DNA of 62,670 nucleotides, counting the filler, from Folioceros fuciformis (Eukaryota), in assembly GCA_049999805.1 (NCBI GenBank). It is 4 parts of 4 records of this genome, joined end to end, with 100 filler letters (N's around TTAATTAATTAA, not from the genome) between each part and the next. Parts side by side here need not be neighbours in the genome. Positions count along the whole stretch, not along the records: positions 1 to 20,402 come from JBNGIO010006356.1; positions 20,503 to 36,471 come from JBNGIO010006368.1; 2 more parts are not named here. One strand, 5' to 3'. Made by a program: the position numbers and the translations under genes. The notes under the pieces are model-generated. The model was not told where the DNA came from. It did no database searches and saw nothing but the letters and a program-made list of their open reading frames with translations. Positions within the stretch are counted from its first letter, which is position 1. Each line of letters begins with the position of its first letter. Of this stretch, positions 13,070-26,714 are shown in pieces.

Positions 13070-13310
13070 CAGTCGAATACGGGGGAAAGGAGACGGAGTC
13101 CCCTAAGGCCTCAATGTGGTGCATTTGGGAGCAGCTATTGATTGCAGGAGAAGGATTTAGAAGGGCACATCGGCAACAATTTAAGCGCAAGGAGTGGAGG
13201 TTGGCTGGTTTTCTAGGTTAAGGAAATGATAGACACTGGAATCACGTGTGCCGTAAGGGACGGTAAGGCCAGGTGGTTCTCTTGGTTCGGAGGAGGTCAA
13301 TGTTCTCTCA
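13070..13310 (+). mobile_element. LINE 3' coding remnant (right part, resuming after Copia A)
   Basis: Continues after the TSD. KRKEWRLAGFL...WNHVC matches the LINE-like fragment near 54050-54120 (KRKEWRTAEFL...WNHAC). Confidence 0.5.
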
Positions 13311-14074
13311 AAAGGTTGCTTTCATGCAGACGTGGGAGGCTGATGCATATGCAATTCTTGGTTGAGATTCGCCCCAGATATATAGGTTATCTACTATGCA
13401 AATGAGGGTTGAAGATTGGGCTTCTCTCCCTAGATGGTAGAGGATTCTTTGCATCTTTGAAGGTGTTGTGCGTGCATCACCGGCTGTTGGGCACACAAGG
13501 TACATGCATCCCGCGCTCCAGTTTAGCCCGGCCTTCAACTACAACAAGAAAACAGGGGAAAAAGGAAATTCTGTCCATGCCACACAGACATGCCAGCAGC
13601 ACTCACGTGTGCTGTGGCGCACTTCGGTGCAAATACAAATCAAAAGGGCTGCCCTCCACGGGCTNNNNNNNNNNNNNNNNNNNNNNNNNNNNNNNNNNNN
13701 NNNNNNNNNNNNNNNNNNNNNNNNNNNNNNNNNNNNNNNNNNNNNNNNNNNNNNNNNNNNNNNNTGTTAGAAAAATAAGTCCTATTTAATATACATTGTG
13801 CTAGTATTAGTTAGGGCACCCTTTAAAGAATTAGGGCACTCTTCAAAGGCGGTTATAACTGCCAAGACTATATATGTGTTCATGTGTTGTACTTGTTTAA
13901 TTCACTTTCTTTTCTTCTTGCAAGGATGTTGTTTTCATATATTGCTATATTGTGTACATGGTATCAGAGCCATATACCTGTTCTTTATTTAATTATGCAG
14001 TTGTCTGCAACTTCATAGCAATGTTTTCATTGTTATTATTTGGCTTTTAGTCATTGCTATGAAAAATTTATAAG

Positions 14075-14596
14075 ATGCCTCGCAAATCTCAGGTTAAGCA
14101 ATCTCAATGGTCTAATTTTGAGAGATTATTGGGTCCCAGAGATTATGACTCTCTTGGGCGACCCAATTTCATAGATGAATTTCAGCAGTTATATTTCAAG
14201 AAACATTTGACACCTTCTGAGGAGCAGTCTAGGCTTCATTTCTTGAAATCATTTGTAGATTTCTACATTACTGATAACCCTGAGATAATATCTTCAAGCA
14301 AACAATCTGCATCTGTTTCTAATTCTTTGCCTTTTAATGTTCATGCTAAATCTCATCAAGATGGTGGTGCCAATATTGAAGTTCTTTTAAATTCAGTTTT
14401 GAACTTAAAGAGTGCACTTCTTGAAATTTCATGTAAACTGTATAATCTGGCTGAAAGATAAGAGCGTTTGGAGAAAGCTCGAGAGTCAGATCAGATTGTA
14501 GCTGTTTCACAAGAGCTTGAGGTTAAGCAGCAGTCTAAAGATATTCAATCCCTAAAGGAGCAAATGGCACTTTTAGGGGTAACTAAATCTTCTTGA
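14075..14596 (+). CDS. Extra ORF upstream of gag in Copia B, about 173 codons with one in-frame TAA at 14459
   Basis: ATG 14075. The frame continues past the TAA into ERLEKARESDQIVAVSQELEVKQQSKDIQSLKEQMALL and ends at TGA 14594-14596, just before the gag ATG at 14620. Confidence 0.7.
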
Positions 14597-14619
14597 GGCA
14601 TAAATAAGAACAGTGTATC

Positions 14620-17600
14620 ATGTCGACAGATGCGTCTGATCGACTGTTGGAGAAGGATAGACTCACCTCCTCCAATTATGATCACTGGAGTTTTAGAGTC
14701 AAAACTATTTTGGAAGATAAACAATTGATGGATATTGTTGATGGGACAAATCCAGAGCGTGTGGCCGGCAAGCCTTCAGGTGTTATGTCACCTGGAGGCA
14801 GTACTCCTGTTAACTGGACTCACAAGGAGGATGACCTTTGGCATAAGTCAACAAAGAGGCTAAGGCAATTTTGGTTTCAACTATATCGCCAGAGATGATA
14901 CCACACATTAAGCTTGCCAGACTTTCAAGCGAAATCTGGTCAATGTTTGTTGAAACATATGAATCCAAGGACGTCATGTCAGAAGTTGCTGCAACTTTGC
15001 ATTTTCAGAATCTCCGTATGAAGGAGACTGATTCAGTTGAGAGTCACATAGCCAAATTTAGGGCAGCAAGAGCCAAATTGGCAGCATGTGGTACTATTAT
15101 CTCTGAATCTAAAGCAGCAATTCAGCTGTTGGCCTCTTTACCTCCTAGTTATGAACAGTGGAGTATAAGCCAACAATCAGCAGCAGTAATTACTCCAGCT
15201 ACAGCTACACAGCCTGCAACCTCTTCCCTTACAGTTCAGAAGCTGGTTGGTGCTCTCCTGCAAGCAGAGACCAACAGGAAGATTATGAACAAGGGTGGTT
15301 CAAGCAATTCTCACAAACAGAGTGATGTAGCTCTCTTCTCTGGTCGTGGTAGAGGCCGCGGTAGAGCTCGAGGACGTGGGCGAGGATATTTTGGTAGAGG
15401 CAGAGGACAAACGTCTAATGCTGATCAAAATTCCAACAACTCACAACAAGGCAAGAAACCTGGAGTATGTAATTATTGCAGTAAGCCTGGTCACTGGATC
15501 AGAGACTGTAGAAAGAAAAAGGCTGATGAATCTGGCAGGGGAAAACAAACTTCAGAGACACATATTGCTAGGACTTCTACTCCTGGCCTATTAGTAATGT
15601 GTCTTACCTCTGTTTCAAAAGATGAGAATTTGTGGTTTCTTGATAGTGGAGCCTCCAACCATATGTGTGCTTCACGCAAGGCTTTTGTTACATACCAGCC
15701 TGTTCCTAGTCATCATGCAGTGGTGTTAGGAGATAATTCGAATATACCCATTAAAGGGATTGGTTCAGTATCAGTTATCCTGCAAAATGGGAATTCGTGG
15801 GAGTTAGAGAATACTCTTCATGTTCCAGCCTTAAAGGGATAAGTACTATGGCACTTGGGAAAACAGGCCTTTATAAGATTGCTTTCGAAGGTTTAGAGTG
15901 TGCAATTACCAGAGTTGATGCCCCTACTTGTGTGGTAGCAAGGGGAACGCCACTATATGATCTCTATCTTTTAGATTTTGTATCAGCCCCTTCACGTCCT
16001 ACAGTTCATGTAGCTTCAGCAAAGTCTTCAAAGTCTGTACAAGCTTTTCAGTGGCATTGCCGCTTGGGTCATCCCAATATTCAAGCCATGCGTAGGTTAT
16101 TAAAGGAGAAAATGGTGACAGGATTTACAGAAGCAGAATTACCTGACTTAGAACTTTGTGTAGCTTGTGTTCATGGCAAGCAATTTAAATCACACTTTGG
16201 TTCTGGTAAACCTAGGAAGGCCACAGAGGTATTAGATCTCGTTCACATTGACATCTGTGGGCCTATGTCAGTACCTAGCTGGGGAGGTGCTCGTTATTTT
16301 GTGGTATTTGAGGATGACAGAACTCATTTTACAGTCACTGAGCTTTTGAAGCTTAAGAGTGATGTTTTTGATAGCTTTAAACGCTATCTAGCTTATGCTG
16401 AACGTCAGACGGGTTTTAAACTTAAATGTATCCGCTCCGACAATGGGAAGGAGTATCTGTCCACAGCATTTCAAGAGTTCTGTCAGGCACGTGGAATCAC
16501 TAGGCAAGTTACTATTCCATACCATTCAGATATGAATGGTCGTGCTGAAAGGCGTCATCGGACTATTCAGGATACAGCTAGAGCTATGCTTTTCCAGGGG
16601 AGATTACCAGTGAAATTTTGGGCAGAAGCTGTACAAGCTGCTACTTACTTACAGAATCGGACAGCTGTGTCTTCATTGAAAGGTTGTACACCTTTTGAAG
16701 CCTGGACTGGAGTGAAGCCTGATGTTTCTTATCTTCGCATTCTTGGGTGTCCTGCATATGCTCATATTCCTGATAAACTTCGTCGTAAGTTTGACTTCAA
16801 GTCTAAGAGACATATTTTTATTGGGTATACTGCTGGCATTCACGGCTATAAGTTGTTTAACCCACTCACCAGGAAAGTTACTCATGCTCGCACAGTTGTG
16901 TTTGATGAGCGTAAGGTTATGGAGCCTCCTCCTACAACTGAAGTTGCTCCTACGCCCGATCTTTCGGCTGATCCTCTTGCTTCTCCTCCTGATGCTGATC
17001 CTTCTGACTTGTCCACTATGGATTATGTTGAGTTTCCAGCTGATGATGCTTCCTTTCCTTCTGCGGAATCCATTCCCCTACCCATTCCACAGGATATGAA
17101 TCCTCTTCCTCTGGATGATGGTGATGTTGTGCCTACAATTGATGCTGCAGATCCTGGCACACAGGTTCTACGTTTTGATCCTGTTGAGGAGTCTGCAAAT
17201 GAACCTGTTGAGCAGTCTGGAGATGATCTTACTGAGGATTCTGGAGATGATCCTGTTGAGTATGTTTTGCCTCCTCCTGCGCCCGAGCCTGGCCCTCGAC
17301 GTTCTGCACGTGTTCATCGTTCCCGTGATCAGTGGCTGGAACCTCCTTACAGCAGCGCTTCTTTGAGTTCCTTGACAGATTTACCTTCACATTCTGCTCA
17401 AGTAACAGTTAATCCTGGCTATGAACCTCAAAGTTATCTAGAAGCTATTTCAGGTCCTGATGCTGTTCACTGGAAAGCTGCTATCAAATCGGAATATGAC
17501 TCCTTGGTTTCAAATCATACCTGGGAGCTTTGCAGACCCCCTCAGGGGAGGAAGATTGTGACCTCTAAGTGGGTCTTCAAACTCAAATATCGGGCTGATG

Positions 17601-19021
17601 GTTCCATTGCACGCTATAAGGCCCGGCTCGTTGCACGGGGCTTTTCTCAAGTCCCTGGCCTGGACTACCACGACACTTTTTCACCTGTTGTGAAGGCACA
17701 GTCTCTTCGTGTATTGTTTGCTTTATCTGCATTTTTCTCACTCATCATCCACCAGATGGATGTTAAAACGACGTTCCTTCATGGACAGTTAGAGGAAGAC
17801 ATCTATATGCAACAGCCTGAAGGTCATGAGGTTGCTGGCAAACTAGATTGGGTTTGCCACCTTCTTAAAACTCTCTACGGCCTCAAGCAGAGTCCACGAG
17901 CCTGGTATCAGTGTATTGATGAATACTTACTTGATTTGGGCTTTGTTACGTCCACTGCAGATTCTAATGTGTATACTTATCGTGATAAGTCTTCTTTTGT
18001 TATACTCGCCCTTTACGTTGACGACTGTATTCTTCTTGGCACTGACCTGTCAAGTATACAGAAAGTTAAAGTGCAGCTGTCAGAAAGATTTGATATGGTT
18101 GATATTGGTGAGCTGTCTTACTGTTTGGGTACGCAGTTGTTACGCATTCCAGATACTGGCACTCTCATTATTCATCAAGAAAAATACATATTTGACATGC
18201 TGTACAAGTACAAGCTACTTGATGCAAAGCCTGCTGCGACCCCTATGGAGGCTGGCTGCAAATTGTTGAAGAACCAGTCTCCTCAAACTTCTACTGAGGT
18301 AGAAGAGATGAAGTCCGTACCATATTCACAAGCTGTTGGTTCGTTGATCTTCTGTTCCAATCATACAAGGCCGGACATTTCCCTTCCAGTCAGCATGACG
18401 TCACAGTTTTTAAAGGAGCCTGGACAGGTTCACTGGTCTGCAGCAAAACGCATTTTGAGATATCTTAAAGGGACGAGCAAGTATGGAATTCATTACACAA
18501 GACAAGCTTTTGATGGACAGCCACTTACTCTTGTGGGTTACTGTGATGCTGATTGGGCATCAGATCCCGACACGCGCAAGTCTGTGTCGTCTTATGCTTT
18601 TATGCTTGCTGGTGGTGTGGTGACCTGGTCATCAAAGAAACAACCAATTGTCTCCTTGTCATCGACTGAGGCAGAGTATGCTGCTCTCACACAAGCAACT
18701 AAGGAGGGAATATGGCTGCGTCGGTTGCTAAAAGACTTGGGACAAGAGCAGACACAACCCACTAAGATTTTCTGTGATAACCAGTCAGCCCTTACACTTG
18801 CACAAAATCCAGTCTTTCATGCCCGTACCAAGCATGTTGAAGTCCATCATCATTTTATCAGAGATGCAGTGGCAACCAAGCAAATTGAGCTGGAGTATAT
18901 TTCAACAGATTCCAATCCAGCTGATATTTTAACCAAAGCTTTGGGGAGGGTGAAACATTACCTATTTCGAGAGTCTCTTGGAGTCTTGGACTCCACTCAA
19001 ACAGTTTCTTCTAGTATCTAA
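14620..19021 (+). CDS. Copia B gag-pol polyprotein, broken into three frames
   Basis: ORFs 14620-14898, 14871-15842 and 15797-19021 together carry gag, an RG-rich tract, CCHC knuckle, protease, integrase, RT and RNase H motifs. Confidence 0.92.
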
Positions 19022-20502
19022 ATCTCACTTTGCAGTCACTGTTCAGCTAGGCTAAGCACCTGTGTCAGAGTCAGAAGATGACTCACTTACAAATCTACTT
19101 CTTTCCTTCAGTGTTGTTAGGTCATCAGCATGTCTCGAACCACAACAACAGTGGGAGAAAAATTCAGAGATGCTAGATGAGATGATACTGACCGTAATAG
19201 GAGATGAAGTTTCCGTCCAGTCCTCCCCACCTGTAGCATCTGTTCCTCACCATTGCAATCTCCGTCACACAGCATATAGAACCCAGCGGAGTCTCAGGAT
19301 CGTCAATTCCATTTCCATCTGATATCAGCTTGACTGTCCTTGTTGGATGTCCTATGGGAAGGATGTAGAGTCTCGGCTTGAAGTCTACAGGCACCAACAC
19401 ATGCTTCCGTCCACTTCGACAGATGGTAGAGCACAGGGCAGAAGGGTGGACTGTCAGGACACACGCATACCTTGGAGGTTGTGGCTGGATGAACGCGTGT
19501 GTTCTGCGGAGCTGATGCTGGGGTTTCTGAAGGCGCTGAGATCCCGAGGTGTGTTGCCATATGCTTGGCGATTTGAGGCTCATCTGTGTCTGAGATGTAG
19601 ATCGAAGCACGCTTGGAACCCTCTGCGGGAGTATTCGCCATCTTCCTGGGCTTCTGCAGCTGAGCAGTGTCGTCCTCGTAGTGTTGCTTTCTCAAGTGGA
19701 GCGTGTGGTGTGTAACGAGCGTAACGGGATATGTGCGCTTAACGGGATGTGTTAGGCTGTGTGTACTTGCCGTTCTGGAGTTTACGAGGAGCGTATTTAT
19801 GTTATTAATTACTAGACAATGAGTGGGAGTGTTAGAAAAATAAGTCCTATTTAATATACATTGTGCTAGTATTAGTTAGGGCACCCTTTAAAGAATTAGG
19901 GCACTCTTCAAAGGCGGTTATAACTGCCAAGACTATATATGTGTTCATGTGTTGTACTTTGTTTAATTCACTTCCTTTTCTTCTTGCAAGGATGTTGTTT
20001 TCATATATTGCTATATTGTGTACAGCTGCCATCGCTAGTCTTGAGGTCTTGGCCGCCATCATGAGCTAGCACCTCCCTCTCAGTGTGATGAGGCCACCAC
20101 CTCGCGTGATCCTTTGGCTGTTGCAGTAGCGGGCTGCATGATGTAGCCCACGAGCCACCTGCCGGGTTTGCAACCCTGGTTCTAGAAATGACCTAAATGG
20201 CCTAATAACCTATCCTGATAATGTCAGCTAAATAGCTTCATATGGGGTAAGCTAATTAATAGCTATTTCATAATGGCCAAAATCACATATATAGCCAGCC
20301 TACCTCTGGGCTACTATATATATTCCTGTAAAACAAGTCTGGTGCCACGACAGCTGTGGTGCGTGCATCTCCGGCTGTTGAGCACACAAGGTACGTGCAT
20401 CCNNNNNNNNNNNNNNNNNNNNNNNNNNNNNNNNNNNNNNNNNNNNTTAATTAATTAANNNNNNNNNNNNNNNNNNNNNNNNNNNNNNNNNNNNNNNNNN
20501 NN

Positions 20503-23500
20503 ATAACAACAAGTGGACTACTCCCTAGCCTACTCTCTGATTGGTTTTCATGGTATCAGAGCCATGTTACCACGCCTGAAGGGACTAATCAATCATGGCG
20601 AGGCGCGGAGCCCCCTGTAGGGACAAGCACAAATCAGAACCCTTCAATGACTACTCAAGTGGAGGACCTTCATTTGTGCTTCAGGCACCCTTTCTAGCAG
20701 ATGTTGTGCCAATCCCCACAGCGCCTAGCCGCCCGCGCCCTCAGCAGCATCATCCCCTTGCCCAAGGTCACCACATAGGATTTTACCCACAAATCCTTGC
20801 AAGGAATCGAAGCACCTTGGGGCGACCTGTAAAGAGACAGTGGGATTCAGACCATTGTTCCTGCAAAGGGCTCAGGCAAATCCTGGACAGATCTCAGTCA
20901 ATTCTCACTCGCGTGGAAGGACTGCTGTTCAGCCTGTTGTCATATCAAAGATCCTCCAGGATTTCATCCCGGCCTCCCGATCCTAAGCCAGCGTGCGCCA
21001 GGGCCCCCTGCACAGAAGTCCAGCAGAGCATAGACGACGTCGCCAATTTCCTATGCAATCTCAACATGCAGGCTTTTGGAAAGGGGAATCAACGCACCGA
21101 CTCACGATCGGATGCCTCCGACTGCTAAATTCTTCCGCTGCACGGGAGTAGGAGCAGCGGCAGGCCAAGGCGCACCTCAGATCTGAAAAGTCGTCTTGTG
21201 CTCCGCTCCCGCTGCAAGACTCTTTGAGTATTCACGCGGATTGGTCCACCTGTTCACTTGACTAAGGACTGGCGGTTGGAAGCACCTCTCCAAGATGCCG
21301 ATTCGCACTCTGCTGAGTCAATTGGTTACTTAGGGTTTGCTATTATTGCTATCCATTGAAGATAGGTAGATCACGCTAATAAAGGCGAGACCCTTTTTCC
21401 TAGCACGAGCGGAGCAAGAAGAAACGTGGATACAGCACGAGTAGGGGCTAGTACCCACTAGCACCTCCTCCAGCTTTACCCACACAACTCCCCCCCTCGA
21501 CACTATCCCCGCTTCAACTGGGTTAATTCCAGTCGTTCATGTTTACCACCGCATAGCTGAATGCCCTGATCAGTGGATTTCAGAACCTTACCCTACAGCC
21601 AAGCCCTCCCTGCGTAATGGCTGTATCTGTTAGTAACCCATCTTTTACCTCTGAACTCAAAGAGAGGGATAGGTTTAAGGGGCAAGGTTACACTGTTTGG
21701 CGAGTCAGGATGAAAGCCACCTTGTTGGCTAGAGGCGTTTCGGCCACTGTCGATGGTTCTTACCTCAAGCCTGACCCCAATTCAACACCAACCCCCACGG
21801 CGGACGAGGTCGCCAGATGGGACCAGTATAATGCCATCGCAGTTGCCCTGATTATTGGCGGACTGGATGCTGACCTAGTCCCAGATATCGAGTATCTCAC
21901 CTCCGCACACGACATTTGGAGTCAGCTGGAAAGAACTTACAAAGTACAGAATTTGATGACTCTATGTGCTGTGAGGCAAGAATTCTACTCACTCAGGATG
22001 AAGGAGGGGGAGAAAGTTATGTCCCACGTCAGCAAGTTTAGGCACCTGCGTGCACAACTTATGGCGATGACAGGAGACAAAATGTCGGAGGTGGACGCTA
22101 TCGCCCAGTTGCTGACCAGTCTGCCTGCCTCTTACCAAACCTTCGTCACAAGCCAGAATGGCCCAATCCGAGCTGCTCACACCGCTGCATCAGCCGGGCA
22201 ACTAGTGACAATCACCTTGGAAGAGGTGATTGGTGCTTTGTTCCAAGAAGAAAAGAGCCGTACCTTCTCTCTCCTCTGCTGTTCCTAAGAATAGAGGGGA
22301 CAAGGTGTTAGCAGCCAATTTTCGTAAAGGAAAATGGAAACCCAGAGGTACAGAAATGCAAGGCCAGAGAGGGGAGTCTTCCAACCCAGCCAAGAGACCT
22401 GGCAGCTGCAATTGGTGTGGCCTACCTGGCCATTGGGCAAGAGAATGCCGCAAAAGGAAGGCAGGTGAGCCCCAGAGACAACCAAAACCAGCTGCAAACA
22501 TTGCTGTGAAGCCAAAGTCAGGAGACACTAAAGCTCCTGTTAAGATACTTACTGTATGCCTCTCTAGCATCCGGAGTGATGACTGTTCCTGGTACCTGGA
22601 CTCTGGGGCTACGACACATATCTGCAAGAAGAGGGAGGCTCTTCAAGACCCTTGACCTAGAGAAGAAAGGAGGTCAGGTGTTTTTGGCAGATGAACAAAG
22701 CAAGACCAGCTTACAGATTGAAGGCAAGGGTACCTGTATCTTCAGGCTTCATGATGGCACAGATCTTGTGCTAGAGGACGTCATTTTTGTCCCGGGCTTG
22801 GCCAAGAACCTCATGTCATTGAGTCAGCTTCTACGTCTCAGGACATTTTACATGCATGCAGACTCCAAGCATTGCTGCTTTTACAGACAGTCCTCTCCCC
22901 ATTCGTGTGCTTTTGAAGGACTCCCAGAAAGCAACCTATATAGACTCAACATTACTTGCCTCCTACCTGAAGCACATAGTGAAATCACTCACTCAACCTC
23001 AGCCTCAACATTAAGTCAAGAACAGCAAGCACTCCTATGGCATGCCCGCTTGGGGCACATTAATAAGTCAAAGCTGATAAACATGTCAGTCATGGAGTGT
23101 CATCGAGAACCACTCCCTAAGTGTTTTAAATCATTACCTGTTTGTGAGTCTTGCATACTTGCTAAGCAGAAGGAATCCCCATTTCCTAACTCCCCTGTGC
23201 ACAGAGCCACAGAAGTCCTTGAGTTAATCCATGCGGACATATCGGGCAAAGTCCATGAACCCTCCCTCGGAGGCTCCTGCTATTTCCTAACACTCACTGA
23301 TGATTACAGCCGCTATACATGGACTTTTCCAATGCATGTGAAAAGTGACACCTACAGCTACTTCAAGGAGTGGCTCGTTGTAGCTCAGCGACAATCTGGA
23401 AAACTACTGAAGATACTCAGGACGGACAATGGCACAGAGTTTGTCAACTCACAGTTTGACGAACTACTTATGGAATCCGGCATCTTACGTCAACTTACCG

Positions 23501-26500
23501 TGCCCTACACACCACAGCAGAATGGTGTGTCAGAGCAGAAAAACCAGACATTATTAGCAATGACAAGGAGCATGCTACTGTGGGCAGGATTACCTCAGGG
23601 TTACTGGGCTGAGGCTATTGTAACCGCCACATACATATTAAACCGGGTGCTTACTAGTTCCGTTCCCAATAAGACTCCATTTGAGGTTTTTTGGAACAGA
23701 AAACCCAGCCTTTTACACCTCAGAGTCTTTGGTTCACGGGCCTATGCCCTTATACCCGCAGAAAAACGGCATAAGCTGGACAACCGTGCTGAGGACTTCA
23801 TTCTGGTTGGTTACAGTGAGCAGGCTAAAGCTTACAAGCTATACAACCCTGACACACACAATACGATTGTGGCCAGGAGTGTTACCTTCATCGAACCCAA
23901 TGCTCCCGTCTTGGCCGTCCCCACTTCTGACCATGATGTTCAGTCTCCGCCAGATGATTCTCCTGCCGTCTTTCCCTTGGATGACACTGAACCTGAATCC
24001 ATAGAACCGACCCCTGCTGTGTTAGTCCCACCACCAGTCGCTCCACAGCCACAGCCACCAGATCCAGACCTTCCCCCTGCAATCATTCAGCCAGACCAGG
24101 ATCCACCTGTTTTGGATGCAGAGGGGGATATAGGGCCGGATGCTGACCTTATACCTGATCCGGAGCCCCCAAACCAGGTTCCTCCCGCACCTGCTAATCC
24201 CGTGCCTGACTCCCCCAACCTCCGTCGGTCCACCCGTCATAGGCCTCCACCATCAGAGTGGTGCGAACCCCCTTATGCCTCCACAGATTTCCGTACCCAT
24301 ACAGCGTCAAGCCCTAGCAAACCATCTTTTCCAGAAGAACCTGTCACATTATTTCAGGCATTCAACGGCCCTGAAAGTGAGCAATGGAAGCTAGCTGTGG
24401 AGGATGAATATCAGTCTTTAATAAAAAACAATACCTGGGTTCTCGTTGATCTCCCATCAGGCAGGAAAGCCATCTCCTGCAAATGGACATTCAAATTGAA
24501 GCTTAATGCAAAAGGGGAGGTGGCTAGGTTCAAAGCGCGCCTGGTCGCTAGGGGCTTTACACAAGTGGAAGGTCTGGATTATCAGGAAACGTTCTCACCT
24601 GTGGTTCGCAGCCAATCTATACGTTTGCTTCTTGCTTATGCCACAGAGTTTGATTTAGATCTTCAGCAGATGGATGTCTGCACAGCCTTCTTATATGGTG
24701 CCCTCGACGAAGAACTTTATATGCTCCAGCCTGAGGGCTATGAGGATCCTACACATTCACACAAGGTTCTCAGATTACTTAAGTGCATATACGGGCTGAA
24801 GCAGAGTGGGAGAGTATGGTATCTCACCATGCATGAGTATCTCTTGAGTATTGGCTTTACCCAAAATACTGCAGACACCAACGTATATCGGTTGACGAAA
24901 GGACCCCTACTTGTATTGCTGGCCCTGTATGTGGACGACCTGATACTCGCCACAAACGATCAAGCCCTGTTAGCAGAGGTTAAGAAGGACCTACACAGCA
25001 GGTTTGACATCGGGGAGTTAAAGTTCTGCTTGGGAATTCAGCTCATACGTGTTCGTGAAGCAGGCCTTATGTATATTCACCAATACAAATACATTAACGA
25101 GATCTTAAGAAAGTTCAACTTAGATCAAGCTCGACCCGCTACTACACCATATGCTTCAGGCACCAAGCTCAATCGTCAGCAAAGCCCACAGACACCTGAA
25201 GAACTTAAGGATATGGAGGGCATACCTTTCAGGCACGCAGTCGGCAATTTACTTTTTGTCGCAAACTGGACCAGGCCGGACATTCAGTATTCTGTAAGCA
25301 CTGTATCCCAATTCCTCGAAAACCCTAGTAGGACACACTGGACGGCAGTGAAGAGAATTTTTCGTTATCTTAAAGGAACACTGCACTACGGGCTTATGTA
25401 CAGAAGGAGTGGTGAGCAACAGGTCACCTTATCCGGTTATTCCGACGTTGACTGGGCTTCAAACCCAGATTCAAGACGTAGCCTTTCTTCATACTGCTTC
25501 TTGCTTGCATCTGCCGCTGTTACATGGAGCAGCAAAAAGCAGGTGACAGTAGCGCTTAGTTCCACCGAGGCAGAATACAAATCACTAACAGAGGCGGCAA
25601 AGGAGGCGGAATGGGAACGAGGCTTCCTAGCATGTCTAGGGCATGAACAGCTCAACCCAACTCTTATCCTCTGCGACAACACTTCAGCCTTGGAACTGGT
25701 TTCGAAGCCTACCTTTCACGCCCAAACTAAGCATATAGAAATACACCACCACTACATACGTGATGTGGTTGCTCGCGGCGTGATTAAACTGGAATACACA
25801 AGCTCAGACACCAACACAGCTGATATCCTGACGAAAGGGTTACCCAAGCATGCACACTACTTACATATGCAGGGGCTGGGCCTCAGTGATTTTTCTGCCT
25901 ATGTCGACCCCTGACGCTCATCGCTGGTGACTGAACGAGATGCGGACCTACCCCGGCAGCACCTTCAGCTCACCAGGCGAGATCAGCCGTTTTTACCATC
26001 TCGGCAGCCTGCACATGTACAGGGCAGATGGTTAGAGTGGCCATGCGCAAAAGGGGACGAGTAGGTCGATAAAGACAGATCAAAGAGCGTAGACCACAGC
26101 GGCGCAGCAAGACCGCACAACGTTAGAGTAACTAATAAGGCACGCACCGGGCGGATGAAGCCTTAGCGCCCGATCCAATCGCCCGAGTTGCGGCGCCTCC
26201 CTCCTACGCCAACTAGCACCTTCAGACACACGGGCCATGCATGCTGTGTGAAAAAAAAAAAAAAAAAAAAGAGGACAGTGGTGCTGGGCTGTCTTGGCTG
26301 CAGACACGGGCTCTACGTCGACGGACGATAGCGCCTGATCTTCGTTCCATGCCGCACCGGACACCCACAACCCCGGATCACAAAGCCTCCAGCTTAGCGC
26401 ACATCGACCCGACCAGAAATGCAGCCATACCGATCCCGCGCGCGTCGTGTGGCCACGAGTGTTCTGTCCTTTTTTTTTTCCCCGTCGCCCGTCTTTAGTT

Positions 26501-26714
26501 TAAGAGGGGGTGTTCGCGTATATTCCCGCATACAGCCGTATATAGGCATATAAATAAACATAAATACGAAGCGACACATTAGTCATGAGGCCGTTGGGTA
26601 GGTGGTCGAAACGTGGGTATTAAAGATGTTTTTGTACATAAGTTTAATTAATTGTCTTATTGCTTGATAACAACGAGTGGACTACTCCCTAGCCTACTCT
26701 CTGATTGGTTTTCA
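20503..26714 (+). mobile_element. Copia element D: Ty1/Copia retrotransposon, apparently nested in Copia C
   Basis: Partial 5' LTR 20503-20550 next to a gap matches the end of the 3' LTR 26511-26714 (TG..CA). PBS at 20551, PPT AAGAGGGGG at about 26502. gag from 21617 and pol to 25914 with RTDNGTEF, LYVDD and ADILTK. Two frameshifts near 22270 and 22650. Confidence 0.93.
20595..21128 (+). CDS. Extra ORF upstream of gag in Copia D (177 aa, unknown function)
   Basis: ATG-initiated open frame starting about 30 bp after the PBS, with helical segments LRQILDRSQSILTRVEGLL and VQQSIDDVANFLCNL. No clear similarity to the A/B ORF. Confidence 0.5.
   Translation: MARRGAPCRDKHKSEPFNDYSSGGPSFVLQAPFLADVVPIPTAPSRPRPQQHHPLAQGHHIGFYPQILARNRSTLGRPVKRQWDSDHCSCKGLRQILDRSQSILTRVEGLLFSLLSYQRSSRISSRPPDPKPACARAPCTEVQQSIDDVANFLCNLNMQAFGKGNQRTDSRSDASDC

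Larger units (their letters stand above)
13765..20024 (+). mobile_element. Copia element B: near full-length Ty1/Copia LTR retrotransposon
   Basis: LTRs 13765-13958 and 19830-20024, both TG..CA, differing by about one substitution and one indel. PBS TGGTATCAGAGC at 13959 and purine tract GAGTGGGAG before the 3' LTR. gag-PR-IN-RT-RH order with RSDNGKEY, LYVDD, DADWA and ADILTK. Frameshifts near 14850 and 15835. Confidence 0.96.

Noticed and set aside
20447-20458. TTAATTAATTAA inside N runs (also near 36516 and 57936)
   Set aside because: The same palindrome centred in equal-sized N blocks is a scaffolding spacer, not biological sequence.
14850-22650. Programmed ribosomal frameshifting in Copia gag-pol
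   Set aside because: Frameshifts fall at different positions in each element and inside conserved domains, so mutation or assembly error is more likely.
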